DNA of 64,000 nucleotides from Balanoglossus misakiensis (GCA_040954595.2 CM082592.2:8171677-8235676), one strand, 5' to 3'. Positions 15,301 through 27,657 are shown, counted from the first letter of the stretch. Translations and numbers: made by a program. The notes: a model not told the origin generated them from the sequence alone.

Positions 15301-18300
15301 TTCGTTCATCGTGAGTGGTTCTTCAGCTGGGAATTGGATGGATACTCATACCTCTAGGAGAGCGGTGATTATGATGTTAAGATGAAGACGTTTTTGTCTT
15401 GATGCCATCAATACTTAATCAGTCAATGGCGTGAACTGTTTGTTGCATGGTGTGGTTGCAGGTAACTCGATCACCTAAGGATAAGGACAGAATCCGATAG
15501 CAGGCAACCATTGCTCCAGGATTTGAGTGGTGAGACTCTCGATTTCAATTCAAGACAGGCTGTCATGATTTTCAGAAAAGAATCACCAAGAGTTGACGTG
15601 TGGGACTGTATTTTGATTGTTCTGCACCATTGGGAGAATCATGTTAATGACATTGTAAACAGAACCACTGACTTCTACTTTCTGGAATGAAACTGAGAAA
15701 ATGACAATTACCTGCAGCCAAGAAAGAATTGATTTCAACTTATAACATTAGAAGATAGTGAATTTTGTTTGATTTTTGACCTTGAAGTTGTCCAAGATGA
15801 GTTTTCGAGCAGCCCAGAGCGATAAGCTGTATGAGAGAACGGATTTCTGGAAGAGCGTGGCGGAATTCGACGAGGAAATGAAACAGCGGAGTGACCGACT
15901 GGCCCGGCAGCTGGATGAGGTGCTGCGGGCAGATTCCAGGATGCTGACCACCCGGCAGGGGGATCGCAACAAGGGGGTTCTCAGCCCCAACAGCTTGGCG
16001 TACGAGAAGCAGAGGAAGAGACGGCTGGAGCAGATCGCGGAGAAACTGGAAGAGAACGACGTGAGGAGGACCAGGAACAGGAAGAGCGGAAAGGTGAAGA
16101 GCCTTGAGACGGGGAGGCAGAGACAGAAGAGGTTGGAACAGATCACGAGCAATCTGGATAGTCTGTTGATAGCCCAGCGTGGCAGCGATGATAAGAGCGA
16201 CGATGATCTCTATGTTCCGGCATCCAAGGATTCCCGGAAGAGCAGCTCGCGGGTCGTGGAAGACGAGTCGGTCAGGGAGAGGAGGATTGAAGACATCGCC
16301 AAGGAGTTGGACAGTATCTTCCAGCGCACTGCCACACAGCTCGACATGAAAGCCGGCGCGGGCGTTCCCCGAAAGCTCTCCGTCAATTCGCAGGAACGGA
16401 TTGCCAGTAAAACGTCGAGCCTCTCGCAGTACTCGCAAGGGACGCGGGCGACCAAGTTTTCGCAAGAGCTGGCGGCCATCAACGAGAACTCGACGGACAA
16501 CTTCCAAGCGAGGATGTCCAGTAAACGACAGGTGAGTCCAGAGAGTGCCCGGTACGACAAGCAGCGGAAGAGACACATCGATGATGTCGCGAAACAGCTC
16601 GGACTCGAGCAGGGCAGCGAGGACAGGGTGTCCCGCGTCCAGGAACTCATATTAGGTGAGGAGCAGACGGGACAGGACAAAATTACGAAAGGTACCAGTC
16701 CTATGAGCATGGAATATGAGACTCTGAGGCAGAAACGCATCGAGGAACTGGAGCAGAAGTTCTCCGGTGAGAGCGATTACAGGGATCTGATCAAGGAAGA
16801 AGGCCCCAAGAAGACCGAGAAGAAGCAGAAAGCGAAGGAAAAGCCGAAAGGGAAAAAACCGCATTCGCATTCGCACAGCCACGGACAACATCACTACCAC
16901 CATGCTTCGCACAGCAAGCTGGAGGTTCCAAAGGGCAGGAGGCCGGCCAAAAAGGTCAAATCGAAGATTCCCAACATCAAATCGCCGCGTCTTGCTGAGG
17001 ACGACTGGTTCAAGAAGTACGACTTCTTTGATTCCAGCGACACTGAAGATAACTTGGAGGCAGGCTTTGACGTCAGCAGCGAGGCGGAAGATGGGGAGGC
17101 CGACAAAATCGAAAATGGTGGCGCTGAAGAAGATGCTAGTGATGATGACAATGATGAAGATGATGAAGCTAAGAATTTCCTCGCCAATGTGGAGCAGTTT
17201 TACCCCAGGAATAACACATACGATCCACAGAGGATACACGTTGGGGACACGCCGCTCGTTCTCGGTAAAAACAAAGGAGTCTCCGTTTCCCGGGCGATGA
17301 GTATGAGTACCCAGGATGCTGGAGTACAGACCGTGCCGGAGGTCTACTACTGCTGGGCCAAGACGGAAACCGGAGAAATCACTGGGCCGTTCAAAATGGA
17401 ACTCAGCGATATACAAAGGAGTTCTAGGGAGTTTGTCGTCAATTTTGTTGGCACGGATAAAGTTCTTGAGAATGTCAAACTGGCAGATATGCCTAGGCCT
17501 GGTGGGTTGATAATTTTTTTTTACTAAATTTGCTTTTACAGATGGTGTGTTTTCTTGTTTGGTGTTGGTTATTATAAAATTCAGCACCTTTACCATGGGA
17601 TGTGAGTGAGACTATCAAGCTTTGAGAAAATTGTGCAAATAAACGTCAGAAAAAAATGACCTGATCTGACCTGAGAGCCCAGTCAGGTCAACACTGGTGA
17701 TTAAAGTTAAAATTAAAGATGCCTGATTCTTCTTTTTTGTAAAGAATAAAAGTATTTTCAGGCTATCCCTGGGGTTAATGTCTGGACTGAACAGCTGTGT
17801 TTTTGTCTGTAATCTGTAAATCCTACAGCATTTGCTGTGTCAAAAGTTTGGATTTACGAGTCACCACTGCTAATGATGACCTGGAGTGGTTGTAAATGCC
17901 AGTGGATTTCGATCCAGTTTGCACAGCATTTAAATTTTAAACGACACTAGCCAGATGTCAGGCGGGTTAACAACCGAAAGTGGATCATCAGATTAAAACT
18001 TTAATCTTTTTTTTATCGTCGCTGAAAATGAAAAATCCCTGGAGTGTGATAGAGCAAATCTGAGCTAGGAGCGTCTGACACATACATGCTGGTGTAGATG
18101 AATTTGTCGAACGGGATCAGAAGATTAATTAAGTTCTTCAAAATATATATTCCACAGTTGCTCCTGAAGCTCAAGGTTGGGTAATCTGAATTTCCCGCTG
18201 GTTTCCAGGCGACTCCTGGCAGACCTAGAAATTCCCAAATACATGTTGGTCTTGATCAATCCAACCATACATCCGTCCAAATCTTGGCCAACAATACCAT

Positions 18301-21300
18301 GGCTAATCTCATTTTTATTGCAAGACACACTGAATCAACACCAGTTGAGCTGGTACCATTCACAGACTTACAGCAAGTATTTGTTGAATTTCTTATCTTT
18401 TTTCGTAATGGGTACTAAGTTAATATTCATTTTTTTTTTCATAGGTATAAGTCACCGACAGACAGGCAGCAACAACATCAATGAACATTCCAGTCGCAGT
18501 CATAGTATGCTGTCTTTGTTCATAGACAGCGAAGTGGTGAGTTCTTCATTTTTTCATCTTGATTTGATACATCTTCAGTTTTATCCCCAGCTTACTCCAA
18601 CATGGTTCCCTTCCCCTAACATTGTGTGTGTGCGTCCGTGTATGTATCTATGTGTTTGTCATATGCGTGAGTGTGTTAGTATATGTCCACATTCACCTCC
18701 TAACATCTGTATATTGACACAGCCACTTTGTCTAGTCAGATCAAAACCATAATAAAAACCAATTGTACTCCTTTCCTCTGCCCTGAAAGTCCAACCCCCC
18801 AGCCACTAGGAAACATCAATTAAGCTAACAGCAACAACTAAGTTACATAATGTAATAGCCAGTGTACATAAATAATTAATGTCGCTATTTCTTTTAACTA
18901 GGGGGTCATATTTTATTTAAGGCTGTGCTTAAAGAGGTTAAAGATTCCCAGTTGTGGTCGTAAAAATGCTACTTGTCATTTATACCGATTGATAGGATTC
19001 TTCAAAGTGTCAAGTAAAATTTAATTGCGTTTTAACGAGTCGTAAGTGTTTTGTCCTTGGTAATTACTGCCTCTTATAATGTTCTCATAATAGCTAAATT
19101 TATATTCTGTTAAATATTTGCGATGTGTCAAAAACCAAACCACTTGTGGTAATTCTGAAATTTGATTTACATGGGATAAAAAAGTTGCCCCAACTAGCCA
19201 AACAATGCAAAAACGGTCTGGCTCCTTCCTACTGGCAATAAACGCAGCTATGAATCATCATTCTAATCAATTAGCGACTACCGCAATTTGCACTGGCTCC
19301 CATTGAACCAAGGTCAGCGAACAGGTGGTTTTTGTCCACCGTTCGACGAGGAGAAAATATATCAGCGCCCTCTAGTGGTTGTAGTTGAGCACGATTACCC
19401 ATATGCGGTATCCAAGCAACTGTGGGCAGTCAAAATATTTAGAATGTTTGTCGACCTACGCTATTTGTAAGAAAACTGGCATTTCTTTGAAAAGTAAATA
19501 GTCTTAATAGTGTGTAGTTGGAAGCGAACAATGAAGAACCGTTCAATTTATATTACTGTCAGTTTTGTGTCAATGACGCAGATTGTTGCGTAACCTGCAG
19601 CCCCCATCCCTAGTTTGTTTTTTTAAAACAGAGCCAGTTGACACAACGTGTTTAATCCTCACATTTGCTTCTTTCACTTTCATTTTAGATGTTGTGAAAT
19701 ACTCGTACATGTACACTCATTCTCTAGTGGCCCGTTGATTGGTTGCAGCCCTAGTTCAGTGGTATTCACTGTGACTTCATTTTCAAAGTATTGACAGAAT
19801 CACATTCAGGCGAACAATGATAAGGCAGCCATTAATGTCAATTGTTTGACACACTTATTTTGATTCAATTCAGCTGCAATCAGTCCGTTTTTTGAGATCA
19901 GAATTGACACCAATTACATAACATGAAATTTGTAAGCCTCAGATATGTTTTTCAGAATGATACTATTTATCTAAGAGATGTGGATTTTAATCAATAATAT
20001 AAATGACAAGTGCTATCTCTGTGTATATTTTTCTGTGGATTAAAATAAAACCATGTGGGGTATTCTTTGAGGAGAGAGTGTTAAAGCTGATTAATTTGCA
20101 GGTACCAGCGAATATGTCGCTCAGCTGTCTGGACATCTGGTAGAGGCATAGACAGTACTAGTATCTACTGCCTGTGGTAAAAGGAAAATATGATTTTTGT
20201 TGTTATTTCAAAATGTAAGCATTAACAAACCTTGTTGCTCCTTCTTCAAGGAGTAAGAATGCTCCTAGTATGGTGACATTATGTGATTTCCTTCATTTGA
20301 TATATGAGTTTTTTTAATTTCTTGACAACAGCCTGATCCAGATGATGACGCGTTGTACATCACCAAGCAAGGCAAACTGAGTTTTGTGGACTTGGCCGGG
20401 AGTGAGAAAATCAAAGAACTTGGAAATAATGGTGGAGAGCTACTGACGGAGACTACGAATATAAATAAGAGTCTTCTGACGTTAGGTAGGTTTATCTGTT
20501 TTTGAAGTGATCCTTTCTCTGTTGTCTTTGGATGAGATCAAATCATGGAAGTTGGTATTGGATAATCAAAAAAGAGATGGTCATTCTGAAAATCACTTAT
20601 ATTTTATTTTATGTGCAGGGAACTGTATATCTTCACTGAGTGATCCAAAGAAAAAAGCTGGTTACATTCCGTACAGAGACAGCAAGTTGACGAAGCTGTT
20701 GGCAGACAGTCTAGGTGGCAGTGGGGTGACGCTTATGGTATGTTTAACAATGCTGTCCTGGTCTCCACATAAAAAAGTCAGCAAACGGTGATAGAGATAA
20801 AATAGACAACTTGCATTTGCGGGAGATTCGAAAGTTGTTTACAGTTGTGGTGGTTGGTTCTGAAATCCTTGTGTGATAAATCTTTAATGCCGGTTGATTG
20901 AGAATTTTCACGGTGTCTGATTCTGTTCTCTCTTTCTTTTCTGCATACCAACAGATCGCATGTGTGTCACCATCATCATACAGTGTACCCGAGTCTATGA
21001 ACACATTGCGATATGCAAATAGAGCCAAGAGAATTAAAAATAAACCAGTTGTCAGGATGGTAAGGCAATGTTTACTTCTTACGTTTCGTTTTGTTGTTTT
21101 CGAACTTTGAACTAAGCAAGTTTTTTTCTATTCATTAGAAATGTTTTAGAAGTATCAAATGATGGACACAATTGTGCAGAATGTCATGTTTCCGTGTATT
21201 TCTTTCAAATATTGCTTCATTTTGAACCTCGCCACATGGGGGCGCTCTTGCCACCAGGTCTGCACCAAACTCTCCGGAACTTGATTTTGTTGTATAAATT

Positions 21301-24300
21301 TTCCAACAGGATCCTAGGGAAAAGCTTCTGATGAGCTTGAAACGAGAAGTGAAGCTGCTGCGATCGGAGAACGAGTATCTGAAAGGCCACCTCAAGAAGC
21401 CGTCCGGCGGAGAGTCGAAACAGAAGGAGGGCAAGGCGGACGAGAGCTCCTTGAAGCACGCCACGACTAACGGCCACATACCGAACGCAAACAACTCAGA
21501 CAGTGATGGGCCGGTGCAAAAACCCAAACCCAAGTTGGAGAGGAAAGCGAGGGAAAACTCGACCAGGTCAGATCAGGGAACTCTTTCCCCTAAATTAGTA
21601 ATATTTGTACATCTGTTTATATAAATGTAGCAAGCACATCACAAATATGCAGAGTACAATCAAAAGCTGTGACTGCATATCAAAGTCCATGCTATGATAT
21701 AGTCAAAGATGATTTTTACTGCTCATTACTGCAGAAAAATGAATAAATGAATTCCATCATTGAAAACACGAAAAAAAAAAATTTTTATTTTGGTAATTCA
21801 TATTGTTTTCTGTAGTGATAATAATGTTCTTGTTCCATTTTCCTTGACAGCTCGATAAGTACTAGCCTCAGCATGAAGTCCGCCGCAGACAATGGCCTGT
21901 ATGAGATGCTCCAGGAGTACATGATTGAAAATGAAAATTTACGCTCGGAGAACAATGAACTATCCTCCACCAGACAACGGGCCAGGAGAGAACACGAGTA
22001 CCTTTCGAAAGAAAATGAAAAACTGGGAAAGAAACTGGAAGACTTGGAAAGGTGAGACAATTTGTTAAAATCTACTTTTGAGGGAGGGGGAGATTATTTT
22101 AATATAGCCACAGTTACCATGGAAAGTTGAGATCTAGCCAATCACAGATTTTGATTTTGTGGTCAGGTGAAAAAAAATTGCACCACCATTTGAAGGCTTA
22201 GACATACCCTTTTAACTATATATGAGCATAATGGTGACTGTGTACCTTTAAAATGTTGATAGCGTTGATGTCAAGTGTAATTGGTGATTAATTTGTTTGT
22301 TTCAGAGTTATGGCATCCTCACCGCTGTCATTTGCGAGGTACAGTTTCTACAGTCGGGGCAGTTCAGGGAGGTCTTCTCAGCCCTTGGCGCTGGCAAGCG
22401 TGACCTCATCGTGGCGTGCAGAGTCCAACACGCCCGTCTCACAGCAGCAGTATCAGCAGCAAGACGCCCCTCTGCAGCCTCTGCCGCAGCAAGGGTTCAC
22501 GCAGCCGCAACCGCAGCAGTACGCACCACCGCAACAGCCGACGTCGTCGCAGCACCAGCCCCTACCTCAGCAGCATCCTCACCAATATCAACCCAACTCA
22601 TATGCACCGGCAGCTGGGCCCGTCGCCACCCAGCAACAACCGCCCTATCAACCGTTTCCCCAGCAACAGCCTCCACCACCACCTCCTCCTCAGCAACAGC
22701 AGCAGCAGCAGCAGCCGTTTCCACAGCAACGAATCTCGCCGAACAACCCCATCCCGGCCGGGCACACCAAGAACGGGCCAAGCCGCCAACCACCGCCAAA
22801 GAAACAGGTGAGCCTCACCCATTGGATGATTTTGATCATGTGACCAGAATGCAGCAATTTCATTGGAATACACTTTCCTATGTCAAGTCATTGAGTGATC
22901 AAGTCTATGTGGCCTGTTGACCCCTGGTTAGTAAAGATATTCCTTTTGCCAATCAATAAATCATCTTGGAATACCTGTTTACAAACAATTTTATCCTCCA
23001 TTTCACAGCTTCATGAGCTTCCACCTGTAGACAACATGAAAGGAGTCCCCAACACGTACAAAGTGAGCAAACAGGCTCCATATCAGCTTCAACAGAAGAA
23101 CAGCAAAAACAAAATATTGTAAGTACTGATCGCAGAGTCATTCTCTGAGCACTATTTTGAAAAGACGTGGCAGTTTAATACTTTGGTACAAAAAAGAAGA
23201 CATGAAGATAGATTACTGGTAATATGTCTATTCACTGCTGTGCAACGGAGACGTCTATGTTTGCTGAACTAACCCACTAACTGAAAGTTTCTCTTCTGAA
23301 AGAATATAGAAAGAATTGTAGTATGGTAGCTACATCATAAAAAAAAGTGCCTTCTTGGTGCAGAACTAACCAGCTTTGTTTTTCTTCTTCTCTGATTTTT
23401 CATATCGTGTGAATTAAAAAAAATGATACTTGGTAAGTGTGTAAGATTTGACTACTGCCCAGTGGATGCTAGTTAATGCTTGGATTTTAATAAAATAAAA
23501 ATAAGCAAGTTTGGTAAAAGTGAGTGCTTGTGGTGGCAGGGGAGTTTCAGCTGAGCTCATCTGAAGTATGTTTCACAGAAATAATGCATGACTCACCAGT
23601 TAGTGAAGTTTTCACTGGTAACTGCAGCTATTGGCTATAATTAATGGTGGGTCAAAGTTGGTTAACTGTGATCCCCAAGGGTCATGGTGAAAGATTATTC
23701 CAAGCTTATAACACCCAGTATTGGAGCAGGCTTTCTTTAATAGTATAATTGCTAAAACGCTTCAAAGAGTCCAAGGTGTCGTGTCAGTTGCCAAGAGTTC
23801 AAAACCTGAGAGTTAACGCATTCTATATTTTAGAAAATATATGGTAAACTTCATTTTCATTTTTGATTTTTTTAGAGGTTCTAACTCAATTTCCGTTTTT
23901 GTGTTGTTGACAGGGATAACAGCCAGAAGAGTCAGGATCCCCATGGAAGTTATGTAGACAGATTTCAACAACAGCAGACGTTCAATAAACTCTATGGACC
24001 CGAGCAGGCTACCACCTCCCCTCGACAATCCAAACAGGCAAACATCAATATACCACCAGCTAGAGGCCTGGAAAGGAGAGGTAAGATTAAATTGTTTGTC
24101 TTTTTCTCATCTTAGAAAGTTGGTAATCTTCTTAATTATATCTTCCTAGATAAACTCAACTCAGATAAAAGTATCTCTTCAGTTTATTTTTATCAGAAAG
24201 ATTCCTCAACTTTACATTATAGTTTAACTTTTTCCATTTGATAGATTAAAACAGCTTCATTCAATAAACATAAGCCTCATTTTTTTTCTATTACAATAAA

Positions 24301-25452
24301 AGTTCTACAATATTTATAATTTCATTTTTATTTTATTTTGTAATGAATGCATTTATAACCTTGCCTCATTCCCTTTCTTCTGTCTGTCTGTCTGTCTATC
24401 TATCTGTCTGTCGGTCCACCTATTCACTCATCTCCTTTCCATAGATGAATCTCCAGATAAGAGCATAGACCATTCTAAATCTAGTCCACAACACCCTAGC
24501 CATCATCAGGGCTCACCCAAACAACAACAGGCCGCTAACGCTCGGAGTAGTGAAAAAACGCACGCCAAACACGGCGAAAAGAAAGCAAAAGGTGCCCGTG
24601 GGGAGAAAGGTAAATAGAGGTCAGAGGTCGCAGGCCCCTTATCGCCCCACCCCTGGTAAGGTGTGTGGGAATGGCAGGAGATATTGTCTATCATCATTCA
24701 CCGTCCAGACATCCCCCAAAAATGGATCGGAGCCTGACAATACATTGAAATGTGAAAGCTGACATGATCTTTTCACTCAGTAAATGTCAGAAAACGTTCG
24801 AGAGTCAATTTAAGTTTTAAAATAGAAATGATGAGACTTGTTAATCCTGTGGTAAGTTTATTTGTAACAACATGAACAGTGTTATAATCGCACTGAATAC
24901 TTGTCAATGATTTTGTAATGTCTGATTTGTTATCCAGGTGTTGATCCATCATTGGATGCAATCCCACCAACGCCCACAGCCACGCCACCACCTGTGAAAT
25001 ACACGCCCAAAGGAACGCATCAGATGTTGCAGAGCTCTTCTATCGACATGGCAAAGACCTCAGCCAGCTCTGGTAGGTCACAATATCAGTTTATTAGCGT
25101 GTTGGACTCTAGCCTCACCATTGTATGCAATAGGATTAACTTGAAAAAAAATAATTGTATGGACATGTATAAATGTGTGTGTGTATGTATGTATCTATGT
25201 ATGTATGTATTATGTCAATATGTAAATTTTTCATGTAACAATTCTGATCAAATTCAAGCTAGTACAGTTTCCTTGTCACGATTTTCATATTTTCATCATC
25301 ATTTTCTAGGAAACTGGAACCAAATCAACGACAAGCTGCGACAGGAACTGCAAGAGCTGGACGGCGAAATAGAATACATGAAATACATGAACAAATCACA
25401 GGCGTCTTCGGCTGCTCCACCCAAACCGGCTCCTAGAACCCGGAAAAGATAG
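400..25452 (+). CDS. KIF12: Kinesin-like protein KIF12 (kinesin-16 type), ~971 aa, 18 coding exons
   Basis: Exons joined with GT-AG and consistent phase: 400-536, 2354-2428, 7544-7622, 8598-8795, 9132-9272, 9431-9566, 18445-18536, 20332-20485, 20619-20737, 20955-21059, 21310-21566, 21851-22051, 22306-22807, 23009-23118, 23914-24080, 24445-24609, 24938-25072, 25310-25452 (2916 nt, divisible by 3). Motor motifs: NVNVVVRVRP, P-loop [21 protein letters not shown], switch I NEHSSRSH, switch [25 protein letters not shown]12-typical segments: [33 protein letters not shown], coiled coil [18 protein letters not shown]-rich tail. Start ATG and tail exon boundaries are less certain than the motor exons. 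Confidence 0.9.
1738..1751. promoter_or_regulatory. X-box (RFX-binding)-like motif in KIF12 intron 1
   Basis: GTTACCATGACAAC matches the X-box palindrome GTTNCCATRGNAAC; similar motifs at 911, 2797, 4744, 9921, 10705, 12283 and 22113. Confidence 0.55.
5485..5612. repeat. Degenerate minisatellite, ~31-34-bp unit x4, in KIF12 intron 2
   Basis: CCCTAAGCTATTGTTCTTTCTTCCCC-like unit at 5485, 5519, 5550 and 5581. Confidence 0.8.
9061..9108. repeat. (GAT)n microsatellite, imperfect
   Basis: ~16 GAT-like units ending just upstream of the acceptor at 9131. Confidence 0.9.
15797..17527 (+). CDS. Large ORF nested in KIF12 intron 6; probable alternative first coding exon (15797-17501) of KIF12, or a stand-alone ~576-aa protein
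   Basis: Open from 15776 (first ATG 15797) to TAA 17525-17527, GC-rich against AT-rich flanks, natural-looking charged protein. CCTG|GTGGGT at 17501/17502 is a phase-1 donor matching the phase-1 acceptor at 18445. The codons after the donor are T-rich and intron-like (GLIIFFY*). Confidence 0.75.
   Translation: MSFRAAQSDKLYERTDFWKSVAEFDEEMKQRSDRLARQLDEVLRADSRMLTTRQGDRNKGVLSPNSLAYEKQRKRRLEQIAEKLEENDVRRTRNRKSGKVKSLETGRQRQKRLEQITSNLDSLLIAQRGSDDKSDDDLYVPASKDSRKSSSRVVEDESVRERRIEDIAKELDSIFQRTATQLDMKAGAGVPRKLSVNSQERIASKTSSLSQYSQGTRATKFSQELAAINENSTDNFQARMSSKRQVSPESARYDKQRKRHIDDVAKQLGLEQGSEDRVSRVQELILGEEQTGQDKITKGTSPMSMEYETLRQKRIEELEQKFSGESDYRDLIKEEGPKKTEKKQKAKEKPKGKKPHSHSHSHGQHHYHHASHSKLEVPKGRRPAKKVKSKIPNIKSPRLAEDDWFKKYDFFDSSDTEDNLEAGFDVSSEAEDGEADKIENGGAEEDASDDDNDEDDEAKNFLANVEQFYPRNNTYDPQRIHVGDTPLVLGKNKGVSVSRAMSMSTQDAGVQTVPEVYYCWAKTETGEITGPFKMELSDIQRSSREFVVNFVGTDKVLENVKLADMPRPGGLIIFFY
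19363..19381 (-). promoter_or_regulatory. CTCF-like motif
   Basis: Reverse complement reads CAACCACTAGAGGGCGCTG, a close match to the CTCF core CCASYAGRKGGCRS. Confidence 0.6.
24379..24411. repeat. (TCTG/TCTA)n microsatellite
   Basis: tctgtctgtctgtctgtctatctatctgtctgt in the intron upstream of the acceptor at 24444. Confidence 0.8.
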
Positions 25453-27657
25453 TGGAGGAAAGAAACAGCAAACACTGGCGGGGTCGCCATCTCTACAAGG
25501 CTTTACAGTTTTTGTTCATGTGAACAGACATATCAGGCTGGCCGGCTTGCAGCTTTAAAGACATGACAGCATTTACGCGAGAGTTTTTGATACTTTCTCA
25601 TTATGAGTTTGTTGAAAATGCGAGTAGGAGTTCTTTTTCCAAGTCTTTCTTGCCAGGAGCTGTTGTTTTGAGCATGGACCAGCCTCTGTTCTCAGCCTAT
25701 ACAAGCAAGCTGATGAAGGTTGTCAGAAGCAAGGGATTGAGCTTTTCAGAAGAAATATTTACCGTGTGGTCATTTTAGAGACGCGTCGGGAATTTCCAAT
25801 TGCGTCAAGACAGGTCTGCGAGTATTACTGGCCAAAGGACACGAAACCATGGATACGTGTTATGCAGGGATGAACGATATGAACCAAAGTTGGTGAAAGT
25901 TGGTCACAATTAAGCATAAAAGTAGACTTTTCTTGCATACAAACAGGAGATTATATACAGCAAAGATGTTTAACGCTGATTTTCTTCTGCACTGATTTTT
26001 TTTTCCTGATATGCAGCTGCGGTCAGTACTACGAAATGCAGTGATGATCAAGTATGCTCAATATTGCGAAACCATATCCCATTCTGCAAAACTTTTGAGT
26101 ACACACACTTACTTGTACATCATCCACTGCAAAATCACTGTGTGCCGTGAATCCTGACAAATATTGTTACAGATTTTGCCTTCTCATTTAACTATGTGGT
26201 GCTTATACTTTCCCTGGTCAATTTCCCTTGATAAATTTTTATCGTGAATTTGACAATCCGATGTTTGTTAAATTCTCAGAAACATCCATCACACACACAC
26301 AAGAAAAGCAACTATCAAATTTGAAACAGCTGCCAAACAAGATATACATGTATCTTTTTACAATCGGAAATCAAACTTCGTTCACTGACCCACATCAAGA
26401 TAAGACTTTGATCTTTGTTTTTGACATGATAGTGGTCACCAAAACAAACTCGCAATGGAACTTTCTGGAATTTGAAACTTTATTCTCAGAAACTGCGGAC
26501 AAATCAAAGTACCTGTATCTGTACAGAATGCTTGGAAAAGTATTTCATCTTGATGAAACGTGGTGTATAGCAGATGAGCTTTACAAAGAGTCAATATATA
26601 TTTGAAATTACAATCCGTCCACTTAACCATTGACTATTTACGTTTAGATTTGTACATTCAGTAGACAAAAGTGTTTTGAAATCTTTGATTTGATTACACA
26701 ATCAGCCCTGTGTTCATTCCTGCCAAGATATTTCAATTGATAATCATACGAAAATGTAAGATATTAATGTGTTTCATGTATTTCCCAAGACTGTGTGCTG
26801 ATCGACAGTATTTGACAATATTTGACCTTTGACACAGCATTTTCTTTCAGGCTGCATGTAAGAGACAGTGTATGTTTTGCACTGTGATAATTTATTTTTA
26901 CATGTGTGCTTCTGGGAGTGGTTGATACCATGTACGAAATCTTCACTACTTACACAGGTTTTAGCAGTGTTGAAATTCACTTCGTATGAATGACAGTATC
27001 TACGAACAGAGTAGATATGTATAGAGTTTGTCTGGTCTTTTTTTATTACAATTTGTTGAGCGTAACAATCATCAAGAAAGGACTTTCCCGTTTCCTTATA
27101 ATAAGTCTTGACAAATCAACTCTGAGTCTGACATGATGGGACAACACTTCCTTTGGCCAAGAATCCCCCCCCCCCCCAAAAAAAAGATAATAAGTTGTAG
27201 TGACGTGAAAGAAGGCAGTGAAACTGTTGAGTGTCACAAAACTTCAAACACAAAAAAAAAATTTCGAGATAAATTCTAGAGTTGATAATCGAGTCAAACG
27301 CTTTATCCCCGTATTTTTTTCTCATTTTTTTGTTCTCCGATATCTTTGCCACGGAGAATTATCAGCAAAGACGTTGACAGCCTTTTTAATTGTGTAAAGC
27401 ATATTTTTACATTTATTTCAAGATTTGAAGCTGTTTGTAAATACTTGTCAAGTCTTCTGCATGCATCTGAGAGCATACTATCATCAGTATTTAAACTTTG
27501 AAAGAATTTTTATGATATATTTATGACTTTTGGACATTGCCATCTAATACGTTGTGTTGTTTGTCACATGAAGAATTATACGGAGCTGTTGTGAATATTT
27601 CTCTGTACAAAAATTTAATTAAACTCAATTTGTATTGCATACCTTCATTGCGACATT

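Noticed and set aside
16529-16537. Perfect donor CAG|GTGAGT inside the nested exon
   Set aside because: Phase 0, incompatible with the next exon (18445), and the ORF continues with repeat-bearing sequence; probably incidental, though use cannot be excluded.
15776-17527. Nested ORF as a transposon or retrogene
   Set aside because: No transposase, RT, gag or integrase motifs, and no terminal repeats, target-site duplication or poly(A) tail seen.
15740-17596. Long minus-strand ORFs (278, 176 and 314 aa)
   Set aside because: Antisense shadows of the GC-rich plus-strand ORF; no recognisable motifs.
22297-22920. Overlapping Ala-rich and Ser-rich ORFs in other frames and strands
   Set aside because: By-products of the CAG/CCG-rich KIF12 exon; only the Q/P frame fits the splice phases.
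25450-25566. Stop-codon readthrough of KIF12 TAG
   Set aside because: The downstream open stretch is short and the context is not a known leaky motif.
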